In this document: piece by piece, positions 1-15,400 of the stretch
Layout: each line of letters opens with the position of its first letter
How positions within the stretch are numbered: the stretch's first letter is position 1
Program-made: the position numbers and the translations under genes
The notes under the pieces: generated by a model
The model's database searches: none
The model's input: only the letters and a program-made list of their open reading frames with translations
What the model was told of the DNA's origin: nothing
Assembly: GCF_964204645.1 (NCBI RefSeq)
Contig: NC_134027.1
Span: 1,830,485 to 1,894,484 of the forward strand
DNA: 64,000 bases
Source of the DNA: Tubulanus polymorphus
Lineage: Eukaryota > Animalia > Nemertea
Reading direction: 5' to 3'

Positions 1-3000
1 AACTACTGAATAAAACAGAGAAGGTCAGCGCCAGAAATACGCACTTTTTCCGGGAACGCATTCAATGCGTAAAGACATTACAGACTAACTAAATACCTAC
101 CGCGCTAACGTTAATGGCACATAGCTTTCGTAAATAGTTAGTCTACCTGTCACCGGTTTGTCTATTATTGATACGAAATCAAAATATAAGCTGAAGCAAA
201 TGTTTACAAGATGCGTAATTTAAAACTGCGAGATAATTGAAAACTAACATTTCGAAGTTTACCTTTCGGATTCATTGCTGTGTTTAACATCAGAGCGTCG
301 AATGCGCCGTGAAACTCGACACTGATTCAGAGCGAACGGGAAACAAGAGTAACGCATTGAAACCAAACTGTTCTTACGACATGGAACTTTGCTTTTTCAA
401 GGACCGAAAACAATGTTCCACGCCCGCAGTCATGTCGTGCCGTGCAATGTTTTTCTTGTTTTGACGCCGTTAGAAACCGTTGATTTTACACCGATAACCA
501 CTATGCACTATTTGAAGGGGTAATGGGTGCGTCGATGTGCATTACGTCATCAATATTGGCGTTTCAATATAACAATTACAATTGGAAAAACATTGATGTT
601 TGTTTTGATAAAATTTGATGCGTCACTTTTACTTTTCCATTTATGGAATTAAATTGAATTTTTTTTGCATTTCAAAATAACGTGAATATTCGTGGATTTT
701 TAGAATTTCAAAAGCCAGATGATTATTTCTCGTTTAGTCGATTTTCGTGACGTCATCAATATTGGGGCTAGACTCTCGTTGCCAGTCAATTCGATTTATT
801 CCAATTCAAATGCATACTTAATTTATTGATCTTTGATGTAAATCATATTATTTCAATTTTATCGACAGTATCCAATTCAAGTCGCCAATAAGCTTCCAAG
901 TTAGTTTTCTTGTTGACTTGTTTTACTCTGATGAGAATCTATTCGCTCATTTCAATACAATTCTTTTCTGAATCTCACTATTTTAAAGGGGCTCAAAATC
1001 AGAGAGTAAATATGTATACGCAATTTCTGTTGGTTTCCACCACAATATTGTAACAGGAAACCAAAACCTGGTAAAAGCGTTTCATTTACAATAGCAAATC
1101 CAACGACACAACGCGATGTTTGCGTATCGACTACAAAAATAATGTTCAGATTTCCTGCATCAATTATTCACGATGTGATATTTACCGAAAAAAATGATAC
1201 AGTGAAATGGCGATATTAAGACGTTCGCTTATGAATAAATGATACATCGATTTGAAAAAAAGATATCAGTTTCAGCTGTCTTTTATTTTTTTTCCTACAA
1301 AGATTTGTTTTCATTTCAACCCACAGGACCAACAAACGTATTTCATTGAGCTGAAATAAAGTGAATCTCAAATATCATCAGTTCGAAAGAATCAAAATGT
1401 TTGCGAATGCCAACAGTAATAATTCATATGTGTTTGGTAATTTTTATACTATTCATTGAAGATGCAGTTTCCTGTCGTTTGCCGAATGTGATAAATCAAA
1501 AAATAAGTTCCTAAGAATATTCACCACACACACAAATCAGTATGATTAATTCTTCTATCGTCCTTGGGAGTTGGAGGGAGGGCGCTTAATTGTATCAGTG
1601 TCGTGTTCAATAGCGGGTCATTAGTAACAGTCATTATTACTTGTCAAGACTTGGTATATTCTGATTGCTCTTTGAACAAAATACCATCCTAGTGTCACCG
1701 TGTCAGAAGTTATACCATTAATTAACGGCAGGATGACAATTTCTGCCGTCTGCGGATAATCTCGGATAGTTCAGTTGCAATATGGATAAAATGATTTTAG
1801 ATTTCTACTATTTGTTTTTATGTTTTATGAATTCTACGCTGAAATGTTTTGAAGAGATAAAAGATCGAATACGTAGCATCCAGACACAATCTTGAAATGA
1901 TATTCAAAGCTTATTCGCCGTGCTCTGCACGCTTCAGATTCCTATTTCAACACTCGTGCGTTTTTACGTCGCCCGTAGGAGTGACGAACGACAGTTATCC
2001 ACCGAGAAACCCCTTAAAAATTTCTATCCGAACCGAAGAGGATATTCGTCGCTCTACCATTATATCTTTTGAAATAAGTCCTCAATTACGAGAGATTCTC
2101 ATGTAAGAAGAAGGAAATACGACAACCGCCTACGAAGAGGTGAAACACGCATATTTGTATGAGTTGGTCCAATTTTAGACGTCGACGTCGTGAGTGGGTT
2201 TTAATACAGACGGTAAATTCAGGTTGAAACGCTTGAATTTTACTTTGATTCGACCTTTCGTGCTCATCATCTTGAATTGTGTACGTGCGTGTCGATGTTT
2301 CCTGGTCGATGGCGCGGTACTGATCTCATAGACCTACCCGCTACTGCTGTTGTCAGCAGATTTCAGCTTGGAAATAGTTCATTATTCGATACACCGCGAG
2401 AATCGTGAATAGATTGTATAAAATATCGAAATGTATTTTAAAGAAGTTTATCATCATCAGGCTGAAATAAAAGAAACAATATTCTTATGTTTCCCTTATG
2501 ATGTAATCACACGACAATAAACCATTTCACAGTTGCTAGCCGCCATTTTGTTAGGGTACTTTTGTCCCGTATTGTTGGGTCATTTTTTTTCTTTTTTAAA
2601 AACTATCCGTGATGCGTGTTGTATCATATTTCATCTGTCCATGGATGGATTTTGACAGTTTCAGCAACATTCAAACCGCGTGAATCTCTTGTTTTCAGTT
2701 ATCTAAAAATCATTTCTCAAATTTGCAACAACGCGACATGAGAGCGATATAAAAATCGTGTGTCTCTCCCGGAGAAGTATCCGATTACCGATTACAGATA
2801 TGGCTTCACGTTTGACAATGGTTGATATTCGAGGCTCGTAACATCTCTAACAGTTTATTCCGTAATACCGTGTGATATACAATTACCGTCACTTACAGTC
2901 GCTGTTGATAATAGAAAACGCATTAGAGAATATATAGTTTGATATGTTACATCGTAAAAATGATAAAACACTCGAAGTCGTGAAGTCTGTGAAGGCATGA

Positions 3001-5060
3001 GTTAATATATACCCAAATAACACTCATAGGAACAATAATATAAGAGTCAGACATAGTGTCAATCCCTTTGGTTTTTTTCATTTTGTAGATCTTATATTGA
3101 GATTAACCCTGTTATCGACCTAATTGGTAAATTTCGTTTGATTTGGTGTCCCTTAAAACCCGCTACACCTGTCGGGAGCGAAGCAGGGGGTTTGAATTTG
3201 AAATGCAAAATCAGATTTAGTTGTGTGATCCACGGTCGAATTTACAGCACTTTTTTGTTTAAATCGTAGTACATAACTGAAAGTTTTGTTTCCGGTTCAC
3301 TCAATCCGTCAACCAGCCAGAACTGGCAAGTGGTAACTCGGTAAAAGAAATTCTATTAGAAAACATTGGTTTTGTTTACTGTTTGTCTGAAGAGGACATC
3401 GTCTGTCAACAAGTGCAAAATATGGAGAACAAAAGCAAATCAACGCTTCACTCACTTTCATCTATTTACAATATAAGTTATATTCACTTGTTGATTATCA
3501 CATTACGATGAATACGATTGAATCTAATTTCAATTAAACACCGTCTGTTGCTCTTGTTTGTGGCTTATCTATGAACTAAAGATAAAAAAGGATATTTTTC
3601 CTGTTTACGATTCAGACTCGGGGAACTGGCGTGCGCTGGCAGTAAAAATTAAGAGAAATAATTCATCAATCAACTTTCCAGACGAGAAATTCTCGGTGAC
3701 GTAGTATTTAATTGGGAAATGAATGGTTTTAAGAGAACATTTATGTAACGATCCACTAAGCTCCCCGTGGACTAAACCTTCATTCCGAGTGACATTATAA
3801 AATCACGCGGGACCGCGTTCGAATTCTAAAATTCACGCATATTCTGACAGTTTAACACAAGAATCGTGTCTGGAAACTGAATAAAATGCCAACTGCGCGC
3901 TTTGGTTTGACAAGCTTTTCCCATTAAATTATTTTTGTGATAAAAGTATCATGTTTTTTTATGTGCTGTGCCATCATTTTCATTGAGAGAACCAGCAGCA
4001 CTCAATCGGACAATTCGTTTCTCGTGTATTGGGTATGATAAGTCGATAATCATTTCAAGGGACGGCGGTACGATAGTGGTGACGCTCTGTGGCTAACGTC
4101 TGAACGAATACTGGTTAGATATGATCCATCCAACCGAACTATTATTATGTCTTGTTTATCAAAGGCTTCTGGAAGATCTCTCGCTGCGTTGAGATGTTGC
4201 TCTGTTGGTAGCGCATTTTCCTCGGGCTCCCGTCTGATCGTTTTGGAAAGAGAAGACGTATGAAATGCATTTGTATATACGACAAACCGGAATACGTATA
4301 TTCAGTATAATGAGGAAGCAAAGGAAATACGCAGAAACCTGACAGAACATTCAGAGATGTTAAAAATATAAAATTTGCTCCATGGGTGAATAGAGTTTGA
4401 ATTTCACTTCCAGCTATGATCAAGCGCACGTATCGGCTGGGCGATATTTTTAGGTAAACTTGCTATAATGGGGGTATCCGGTGGTCGCGGTGTGTGTTGT
4501 TGATGAGTGGTTTGAGATTACATTTCATCATGAACAAATAATAAGACGGATCTCACTTGTTCCCGTCACGTCTTCCCTTGACACATTGGCTTAATGATAA
4601 CGCGTGGATATAACTATTACCGCGTATAGTATATTGTTCAACTTTGTAGACAATAGATACGCTGTATTTTCATCGCAGGAAGAGCTAAAACTCAAAGCGT
4701 ACATTTCCAAATTATGTATTTGTTCAGGGGAAAACAACGAATGCGGGTAGAAAAGTGACGAGAACCATTTTTTTTAATATTTGAAGCCAATCCGTTTGGT
4801 GAAATACATGTATATATGGAGGGATTATTGTGCTCACGGCAGGTTTTATATTTCGGTAATCCACTGAAGTATATATAGCGATATTTCAGCAGCTGTATTA
4901 GCAATTCATAGGCGTTGAGGCGTTTGATCAGATTGCAGGCGAAGAGAGGACCGTGATTTACATCGGGTGTTAATTGTGGACATTTCCAGACATCATTTCA
5001 CCTTCAAACGTGTATATACTTACATACTGATTCATTCTGCGGTGTCGTGATTCTCAGGTG

Positions 5061-5398
<338 letters not shown>

Positions 5399-8300
5399 AT
5401 TTCTTTACATTTTTAATGAACTGCAAACATCTTTCAACACACAAGTGATGGGTGATATAACAGACAAATGTACAAGAAAAACATGATATTTTTAAACGTT
5501 CTTATATCGGTTTAGATTCCGCTCGATATTGACACCTGCAGTTGACCCTTCAATTTCATATGTTGAAAATGCCGTATATATCTTTGTGAATTCACTTAGT
5601 GAAATGAATTGATAAGATTATAGAGAAATCATGAACTGTTTTAAGATAGGGCTGGAGTGCACCGAGTATATGTGGACTGATCCGGTGAAACGTTGAATGT
5701 TATCCTAATAATCGTGTAGAGTGGTCATCTGTCACGTCGCTCGAATACAATTAATGGAGAAAAATCGTCGCGTAGATAATCAAAGTAGAGTCTCATTACA
5801 GGCCAATTATGCTTGCTTTTTACAAGCTGCAACAGCAGTGAAGTTTTCTGAGAATCGATTTTGTTTTTCATGACCGTAAAGAAAACCAATACACATCGCG
5901 CATGTTACGATAAAACGTTAAACCACAAACTTGAAGCGAAGCGAGTTAGTTCCCGACTGATTTCGTGTTAGTGAAAAAAAATGTATCTAGCTTAATATAA
6001 ATTCGATATTTATGATGTTATTACGGTGATTTCATTTTCATTCATCACAGCTTCTAGAACGAATTGTTCGGCCAATTATAGAGAGGCAAGGAAAAAAACT
6101 GACGTTGACAATCTTCGACAAAAATCAATGGCGGCGTCAATCTAACTGCGAGTCCAACAGTCTGGAAAACATGACTGCCTTCTGCGGGTGTTATTCAATA
6201 ACATGTTTACCGTGGGCGATCTCATCGGTCACGAATTGTTTTATTTACGCAAAGCTTGACTTATTCGGCGACATTTTTTTTCAAGCTACCGACAAACATT
6301 TTTTTTTGATACTGATAGATCTTGATATGAACCCAAGGCACAATAATCACCACTAATAAGACACTATTTCCGTCTTGTGACGGTGGTATAACGAGAATCC
6401 CACAATAATAACGGACTTTATTTGTTTCCGTTATGATTGTGGGCGGGATTCTCTTTTTTATGAGTGGAAAATATGAGTGGAAATAGCTGCTATGCGCGTA
6501 TGCTCATAGTGATTTGAGTTATTTTTCTATTAAGATATAAATCAGCTTATCACCTGTGATCGTGTATCGTGTATCGATAAAGATTGTTCATTTCATCTAT
6601 CGATTTCATATTTCCTATTCAATAACCCAGCCGTTCACGCAAACCAATAAACAAAATAATGACATTTTTAATTATTTATGATAAAGCTTCTCCGCTAGAT
6701 TTATCGCTTGGATAAATATAATTGAAACGAAAAAAAGATGGATTCGTTTGCTGTTCAGTTTTGTTTGAAATTGTGTGTTCTTGTGTCTATTCGGGGTCCT
6801 AGGAAACACTGAAAACTAATCTAACTACGACACAACTACAATTAACTTAATATGCATTCTTTACTATGCAGCAAATCCTAAAGGTTGCACAAAATGAAAC
6901 TGGCACATGGAAATTACAATCCCAAAACCGTGCTTCCATTGATTGAAAACAATTGAGGGTGTTTTTCACAAAATTATCAGTCATCATGCTGAGAAATGAG
7001 CTGATTTTAGACGATGTTATGAATGACTGACAGTGATAGAATATTGCGACGATACGTGACCGGTTCGACCGCTTTAAAAGACAACTGACCATGAAGTCAA
7101 GTAGAAGTCGATCATATCTCCGATAACAAGCCATGTTGCTCGTCATTTTTCAGTCGTAAAACATTGAAAATAAGTTGGTCGGTGACGCAAATCTTGTATT
7201 ATCAATAATCATCTTTTTTCCCACTGACGGAATCAGATTCCGTAAGATCCTCTTCCATGGTAACCGCTCCACATTTTATCGAGTTGCACACATGCAAAAT
7301 GTAAATACACAACTGCTTATATACGCTAAGTGAAATAAGACTACCATTCTGTGTTCGTGTCGTGGTTGATTTTTAGGACCGTAGAATGTGTTTTTTTTTT
7401 GTGTGCGCGTCATAAAACTACGAATAACCAACCATCCCTCCCGTGACAGATATCTTATAGACAAACACTCAACAGGGAACATCATTTGTCACGAATGCCA
7501 TGTTGTTCTTCTACGCTTAGCGTATTTGTGCGTAAGGTAACTTTCGTAGAAAATCGAAGGAGAATTGTGAGAACAGCCGTAGTGCTGGTGAAATTGTCAA
7601 ATACCGTGTATTTTTGTTATCAAGAACCCCGGTAGCCCAATACGTGTGTTATACTAAATAGAAGTATAGTTTAGAAGCACGCAGGTATCGTGAAACCTCG
7701 TACTTACAAACGCATTATACGCATAACGCATTGAAAACGTTTATTCTAAATAATCAACAGGGAATAGAAATCACTCGACTTTTCGGATTCTGACTAGAGA
7801 CTTGTTAGTATTTCAGGTGTTTTAAGGGAACAATAACGTTACTTATAAAAAGATGAATAATTGCATCCTGACAATTCCAGTAACCATTACCGGGCCCGTA
7901 TTATTATACGACTGTACTTGATGTGAATGTTTTACGAGTATGTTATCCCTTAGTGCTTCGGCCACCGTTCACGAAAGAACTAATTAAACAACCTGGCACA
8001 TCCGACATGCATTGCAATGCCCGGTACGAGATAATAAACCAACAGTCGCCATTTCATGGAAACATTGCCGGTGACACTAAACATGCGTCTTCCATGATTT
8101 ATAAAGCGGATAAGATGCGGTTCCGCTGATTTACACTCGGTAAACCTCGATATATCGGTGCGTAATTGTTCCCTGGTAACTCAGTCGTGCTAGTTCAGAT
8201 TGTAAACCGATAAAAACAACACACTTCGTGACGCTGTTCCGCACCAATGACCGACAAAGTATCGGTGTCTATTGAAAATCAAAAGGCTCCTATCGTATAA

Positions 8301-9894
8301 GCTATAGATCTTGCAGTAAGGAGCTACTAAGCCGCATCTTCTGCGTGAATCTGAGAATCATCATTTCGATTCTCAGTAATCGAACGCTACAATTTCGACG
8401 AGTCCGAATCGCTACAGCCCGATCTGTGTCAAGAGCGCAGCGCTCGGGTAACTGATGATAAACTCAACAGGCTTCATTAAACTAATCGTTTTAAGACATC
8501 AGATCTGACTGTAAAACGACCGAGGGATAAGTCGCGCTTTTCATTACGAAACGCATCCGGTTTAGAATGACTGAGCGTTAAATCTGTAGACATAGTCATG
8601 ATTGCCTTTTCGTCTGCCATTTCAAGGATATTTCCACACCAATCCCCCGATGGAGGGAAAAAAATTCTCGTCTGCAATCTAGAGAATTACGTGTATATTT
8701 TACAAGACGAATATTGATTGACGATATATAAATAAATTCAGCGATGAAATGTGTCGTCTTGGTTTTGATGAACGGGGTTTCGTGTATCTATAAATTCGGT
8801 TTTTGTCCCATCAAATGAAAAATGCTTATATCATGTATATGTCGTCCTGAAATCAGGCTCCTGTATATCCATTATCGAAAGTGATTTTGGACGTGTACTT
8901 TTCTTAAATACCAACTAGTGACGGACGCTGTAAACGGATTCCCGATGAAAATAACAAAGGCGAAAAATTTCCTTTCTACGAGGGCATTTGGCGTTAACCA
9001 CAAAAACCATTATCGTTAAGATATTTTGCAAAGAACTGTCGCAAGGATTTTAGATGAAAAGTTATTTGCTAAAACCGCTAATGCAATCATGACGGGCGCG
9101 TCGTGCACCCACTGTATAAATGTGATAAGTTTGCAAAAGCAATTCACTTTCCAAGTTAGATGGATGTACCGTTAAGTTCGCTTTGGAAGATAGCTAGATT
9201 GGATATCAGAATAATCGTTAAAGATCGCGAGAAAATATGACTGAATTGAAGATCAATTTAATTACTCTGTTGTAACTGAAGTATTCCTGAGAATGACAAT
9301 AAGGATTAAGTCGAATCGCGCGTCGAATCAGATATCAACTTAAGAAAGACTTTCAGACTTGTTTTTCTTTTGTATTACGCAATTTCATCTTATCTCAAAC
9401 AGATCGTGTTCAGTAGAATTCTCATGTGCGACATTATGAGAAAAAGATTCAATATTTATATTTCAAGATATATTCAAGATTTATATTTTCTAATTCGCAT
9501 CATAGAGTTAGTTGTATATCTCAGTTTATTTTACAGTTAATTAGGTTTGGTTTCAAGGTTTAAATCTAAGGCGATTCAAAGGCAGAACTTCGATTGGTTC
9601 AATTGATTCAACATCTGCAAATATATTTCCGGTAAAGAGAACAAATTGGGACGTTTATTTCCGCATCAAGTCTTTTTGATCAGTTAAGGCAGCGTCATTG
9701 ACTAATCATAGATTTTCTGTTATAATCTTTAATTAGATACCAAATTTACAAATTTGATCGCGTAAAGAAGGATTTTACTAATCAAAGAAACCTAGTTGGG
9801 AATCAGACAGAACCTATGAATATCTAACGTAACCTATACAACCTAATGTGTGTGTTAATGTGTGTCGTGAGCGCGGAGCCCACATAGGAGCTCT

Positions 9895-9965
9895 AGTCTC
9901 GGAGGCGGTAGCCCGGCGAGGATTCGATCTCGGAACCTCTTGCGCTCGGCCACGCTAGCCGGGGA
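9895..9965 (-). mobile_element. tRNA-derived SINE-like fragment
   Basis: Minus strand reads TAGCGTGGCCGAGCG (A-box-like) then GAGATCGAATCCTCGCCGGG (B-box-like). No anticodon arm, so not a tRNA gene. Boundaries approximate. Confidence 0.45.
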
Positions 9966-12408
9966 GACAGTGTTGACGCATTCGCCTGAACGTGGTGAAT
10001 TCACAGCGACCTAGTCATGAATAGAGCCATGCTTCAATGAATCTCACGAATTTGTTGTGACGTCATGATAGTGACGCGTGATGTGACTGATTGAGTAGAA
10101 CCACGAACAAACTATTTTGAGACGAGTTTAGTAACAGGTTTGTTTTGAAGGCTAAACGTAGACAAAGACCACTGTCGATGTTGTATAACATCGACCAATC
10201 TCACCTAATTGAAAGACAATAATATCTTCTAGAAGCGAGTCTAGCCGTTGGAGACTTTGCCCTTTAGATCGTACTTGTAAATCGTACACAAATCGAGCAG
10301 TTCATTGGGCTGGAATTCATGCAATTTGATGAGAATAAATTTGACTAACGCCCTAAAATCGAAACACGTTATGAAAAGTCTCACCAAAAATGATCATCCC
10401 GAATATTTTTAGCTTATACAAAATTACTAACATTTCTATTTTCTTTATGAGGCTAGAAAATTCGAACGTGGGCTTTTCCAGAAAATTTTTAGATTTTCCA
10501 ATCAAATCAAAATTTATATTTCGTACACGTTTCAAGTTTTGCATAAACAGTGAAACGAATTAAACTCGCGGATGGATTTCGGTTGGATGTAAAATGTCTG
10601 TAGTATATGATTTCAGTTTTTATTTATATATATATGTGTGTATATATGTCTATATGTCAACTCGTCAACTGAATTGCAAATCCAATCAGATGCAAATCTA
10701 CCAAATGACGAAATACCGACATTCCGGATTCAAACCTGATCGCTGCAATTGAATTATTCATAACGTCTCCCGCGTCGAGTTTAAGCGATTAAAATTGCGC
10801 TTCTGGCATTTTTGCATTTTATTCAGGTTTTTAATGAAGGCGTCGGTTGATTATCATTGTACACAAAATGTCGCGACGCGACGTTCGCTGTTCGAGGCAA
10901 GAATTCGAAATTTTTGCCGCGATCTGCAAGTCTGATCTGAACCTTTAAAAACTAAGGAATTCCCTAAGACGAGAAACGTAGCATTCTTTATCCGGTATCA
11001 TTACATATGTATATATCTATTGGTTGAAATTTTCAATGCCCGTTAATTCAGTTAACTCATAATTATAAGCCTGATGCTACGCTGAAATATTCTCTTCGTT
11101 ACAACTATTGACTGTGGTGCCTCAACTTATCAATTATATGCGCTTTTCAATGCTAGAATTGGAATCATATTACAGGTTTCAGACGCAGACCGCGTTACAA
11201 CTCAAGTTGAAATTGCAGCAGGATACAATTAGTTTGAAATTCACCGGGCAGAGGCACCTCCGGCTACGTCCATCGTAAATACTACGCAGGAAACTCATTC
11301 CACCGACTATTCAAGACTGTAATTTAACATACTTGTATCGACATTTAGTTCGTGAAGATACCTTCAATCAATTCGTCCTCGGCCGCATTCACCCAATCCG
11401 TATCAGCGACAAGTGGCCATTTTACGGTTCGCGGGGAATGGTGCTGTGTATGAGTTCACCGGGTTAAAATGCGAACCATCGGATAAATCTGCTCGCATTG
11501 ATTTATTCTTAAGGCTTCCACGAAGAAACCCGGCTAGAAATGGGAGCGAGGGAAAGAAGAGGTGAGCAAGCGGTTGAAAATTATCTAACTCCTTTTGAAT
11601 ACTCGGATCAGTTAAATAACGTTCGTTCCTTTAAAAACGGATGTAGGTAAACATGTACATTCTCTTGTAATCTTTATTGAGCGAATCGACAGCAAAGCGA
11701 AGCACCATCAGAATGTGTGTTCGGTAAGACGCTCAGTTCGCTTGAGCAGTTCGAGATTTCATTGATTACTCATCAAGACGCTTAATAACGGCCGATTATC
11801 ATATCGTTTGAAGTGCGCAAAAAGCGTCACAGCATCGGAAATCATTGTTTAAGAAGGTTGCGATTCCGATACGCTAGTCTATTCTCAATTCATAATGTGT
11901 TGATAAATCGATAGGACACTGCTAAGTTGGCGAGATGAAATTTCCGGGTGATTAGGAGAAGCGCAAAATTCGTATTGGCGTCGCCCCAGGGGTAATATAC
12001 GCATCCCGAGGTCCAAGTCAACAGATGAGGAGTTAGTCAGTGTTACGTCGGTGAAGCATCAGAGAATGCAGAATGACGGGTGATAAATCGAATCGGCGAA
12101 CCGTGGTAAACGTATGCAGGAATAGAAGATCATCGCCCTGCGATTATAAATCACTGTTGTTCCTATCTACGACACCTTGAATTCCATTATAAACGGCCTT
12201 AAACGGCAGAACTGATTTTTGAGAGTTGCATTACCTCTTATATAAAGAGGCGTAGTCAGCCTTCTGCGTGGGTTAGTCTTAACTAGAAAACGGACGGAAG
12301 GCTAAACCTACTACTTTATTTATGTAAATCTAAAATGAAATTGTAGATTCCCCGCGAGCAAATTCTACCTTCACTTTTTACAATGAAGAATCGAATATAG
12401 CAATGTTT

Positions 12409-12451
12409 TTCATCGGTCCCCTGAACTTCGTTGTAACGAGGTTCCACAGTA
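12409..12451 (-). mobile_element. Solo pogo/Tigger-like DNA transposon terminus
   Basis: Reverse complement TA-CTGTGGAACCTCGTTACAACGAAG resembles pogo-type TIRs (CAGTGGAACCTCG...) with a TA flank. No partner end found. Confidence 0.4.
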
Positions 12452-15400
12452 TCTAATTGTTTTCTCAAAGAATGGAGCTTTTCTTCAGGACTAATCCAAC
12501 AAAACCCTACTTAGCTACGCTCATATCTAAAACACTGTGCACCTTTCTACCGCTAACAAGATTGGCTTGAAATAAGACATTTTGACACGTTAAAAAATAT
12601 GTAATTCACTGAAATAAACCGTAATTAATGATCTAAAGAGCGCGTCTCTTAGAGGATAACTTCCATGATAAGTCTCCGTATACGACGCGAAGTTAGACGA
12701 TGCTTTCACCGAGGTTAGACAGAGATCAATTCAGACGCCGGTCTATAGATTATATCGATTCATTAGAAAAAAAAAACTCCAAGACAAAAACCAGTGACAG
12801 AACATTCTCGTCAAGTTCAATACTCGCAATCCTCCTCAAGGCGATATTTATTTTCTTCGAATGTCACTCGACTAATAAATAATTAATACTTCTATTCTGG
12901 GAGAAATCGACGTCAATTTTATCGATCTGTTGACATTAATCGATGTATGTAATTATTTTTCGATGCATCGCACCACCCTGAAATGTCAAAATGAAAAATT
13001 ATCGTTTTTTGTATATTTCGTTTTTTTGTATGTCTTACACGTGTAACTGAAATCATACAAAATATGTGAAAATGGAATGTTGTACGCGGAATACATTCTT
13101 ACGATGACTGTTTAGTAGAACACTGACCGCGGTCAGCACTCAATTCAACGACCGGTCAGCACTCGACTCATATCGACGTAATTAGTCGACAAACGAGCTG
13201 CTTCATCTAATCATAAGTGTTTACACGTAATGACCGACGTATCTAACGATCAATTGAATACGAATACGAAAGTTCCCATAAACACTTTATGTTTTTTCGT
13301 CATTCTACGCACACTTATCCCGTAGTAGTAAAAGTTCGAACGCGAGTAACGCAAACACTTGAACATCATTCACAGAACTGCCGTGAATCACTTCAGAAAG
13401 TCTGAAAAAACTGGCGCTTTCTCAGTATTGAAGAATCTAATCTTTTTTCCTCAGTTTTCTCGCCTGATTTTCAGATGTGGTCTCGAAGCGTTTGCTCAGT
13501 TACGTTGATGGAGAATCACAGCGTTAATTCAACGTAGAATTTGTTAATTTACTAAGGCGGTTTGACGTCATGGCATCCTGGTTTTTAGAGGTGATAATCA
13601 CGTGAATTAGCGACGTCATATTACAACTAGTTTGGTTCAGCGCTACTTTAATATATTTGCTAGGTTCAAGGAATTAATCTTGGCGAGTTTATTTACGAGC
13701 AAAAGGTCTCAACTCGGATTATTGATTGCGCTGTGGGAAATAACCATCTTTCGTGAAGAGTCATTGCTACCTACCACGTTTAATTTCCTCATTGGTCTAG
13801 TTGTCAGGGTCTCTTCGACAAGGCTGCACAGAAATGGAAAAAGGAACGATGATATTCTGTCGAAGTTCACCGATACAAGTAACTTACGTATATTTCATTC
13901 GCAGGAGACGAAACTCTTTGTTTTCGATACAGTTTTAATTGAACCTATTCATAATGAGAATTCATTTTTCAAATTATTTTTGTGTGAGTGACTGTTGTGC
14001 TTAGAATAGCTGTTAGCTGATGGTTCGAAATCGTAATTAAATTAATTAGAATGCGGCAATTTACGAGAGGAAAGGGCTGTTCAAAATCTCGGCTCATTAA
14101 TTATTCCAGTGAGAAGGAGAGGAAACCCCTTCAATTGGGTTCAAAAGGAAACAGCTTCATAACGAAGCCTACAACCGATCTATAAGGTGTAGCCGCAGAC
14201 GGTATCATTCCTTACAAACGGACCGGTTTCAATATCATCTTTGCTGGAAATTTCAAATTAAATCCACATTATCAATGGTTCACTAACGTAAAATAACAAC
14301 TATTTGTGTCTAATTGAAATGCCGTTTTAGGCTGCTATGCTTTATAGTCACATAAAGGCCAAACAAGTCCGGCAGTAATCACGTGGTTCTAATCATGTCG
14401 CCGTTGTTTTTTTTTTCGTTGTTTACAATTTCAACACGGATCACCGGAAAATTCGACATAGAATAAACACGTCTAATTGGTGTAATGGACTGATTTGGGG
14501 TGGATCGTGGATGTAATAAAATAGGAAGCCAGCCAGACATGGGAATAAAACATGACGCTAAAATAGGACCATGCGCCATAAGGCAGGATATGTATTATTG
14601 AGTTAAGGATTATTCAAACATCTGTCTCCATCAGGACAATATTAGCAGTGTCAAACCATCGTATTATTAATCGCTTTCCGAGGCAAATGGACACGACCTA
14701 CTGGTGATAGAACACCTATATTATTGAAGAGTCGATGCTTTTACCGGCGGCCTTTATAACAACTAAATCGATCGAAGGAAATGTACAAACAGTTAGAACG
14801 TACTGTTTGTAGGAATGAGCTTGTTTTCTTTTACTGATTAACTGTCGATCGGTACAAAATAAATTACCATCAACTGATGATACCTTAAAAAATCCCATAA
14901 TAATAACGAAAAAAATGATCTCAAGTCCGAAAATGTTTCCATGAGCTAGTATTGTTTATTCGACTTTTTCAACTAATATTATAATAGTCATCATTAGGAA
15001 TACTTCAGTATCTCTACGTATTGTCGTCTCAATACAGATATAGTGTTTTATCGATGCTAACGATCGACTGATGATCAAGAGAAATATATAGACAGTTTTA
15101 AGAACATTTTCCTTATCGCCAGCAATTTCTGAGAGAAGGCTGAACGAATGCTTGTTGCAAGATTAACTAGAATAACTCACAATTTCCCGACGGTTTTTCA
15201 TCATGTTTTTACATCACACAAATCTAAAATTGGTTACATTATTCACTGTATCTTCAGCGCGCCGCAAAATTGTGCCATTCATCAAAATATATTTCACTAA
15301 GGCTGCCAGATCTTTCCGTTGCCAGACCGTTCAACTTTCCTCTGAATAAACTGTGCATCATTCTAGCATTCCTGTAGCTGAGGAAAAGTGGAGATTATTG

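Noticed and set aside
9895-9965. tRNA gene
   Set aside because: A- and B-box-like sequences are present but there is no anticodon arm or full cloverleaf.
13123-13136. 14-bp palindrome CTGACCGCGGTCAG (nuclear-receptor-like half sites)
   Set aside because: Single short occurrence with no supporting context; could arise by chance in 64 kb.
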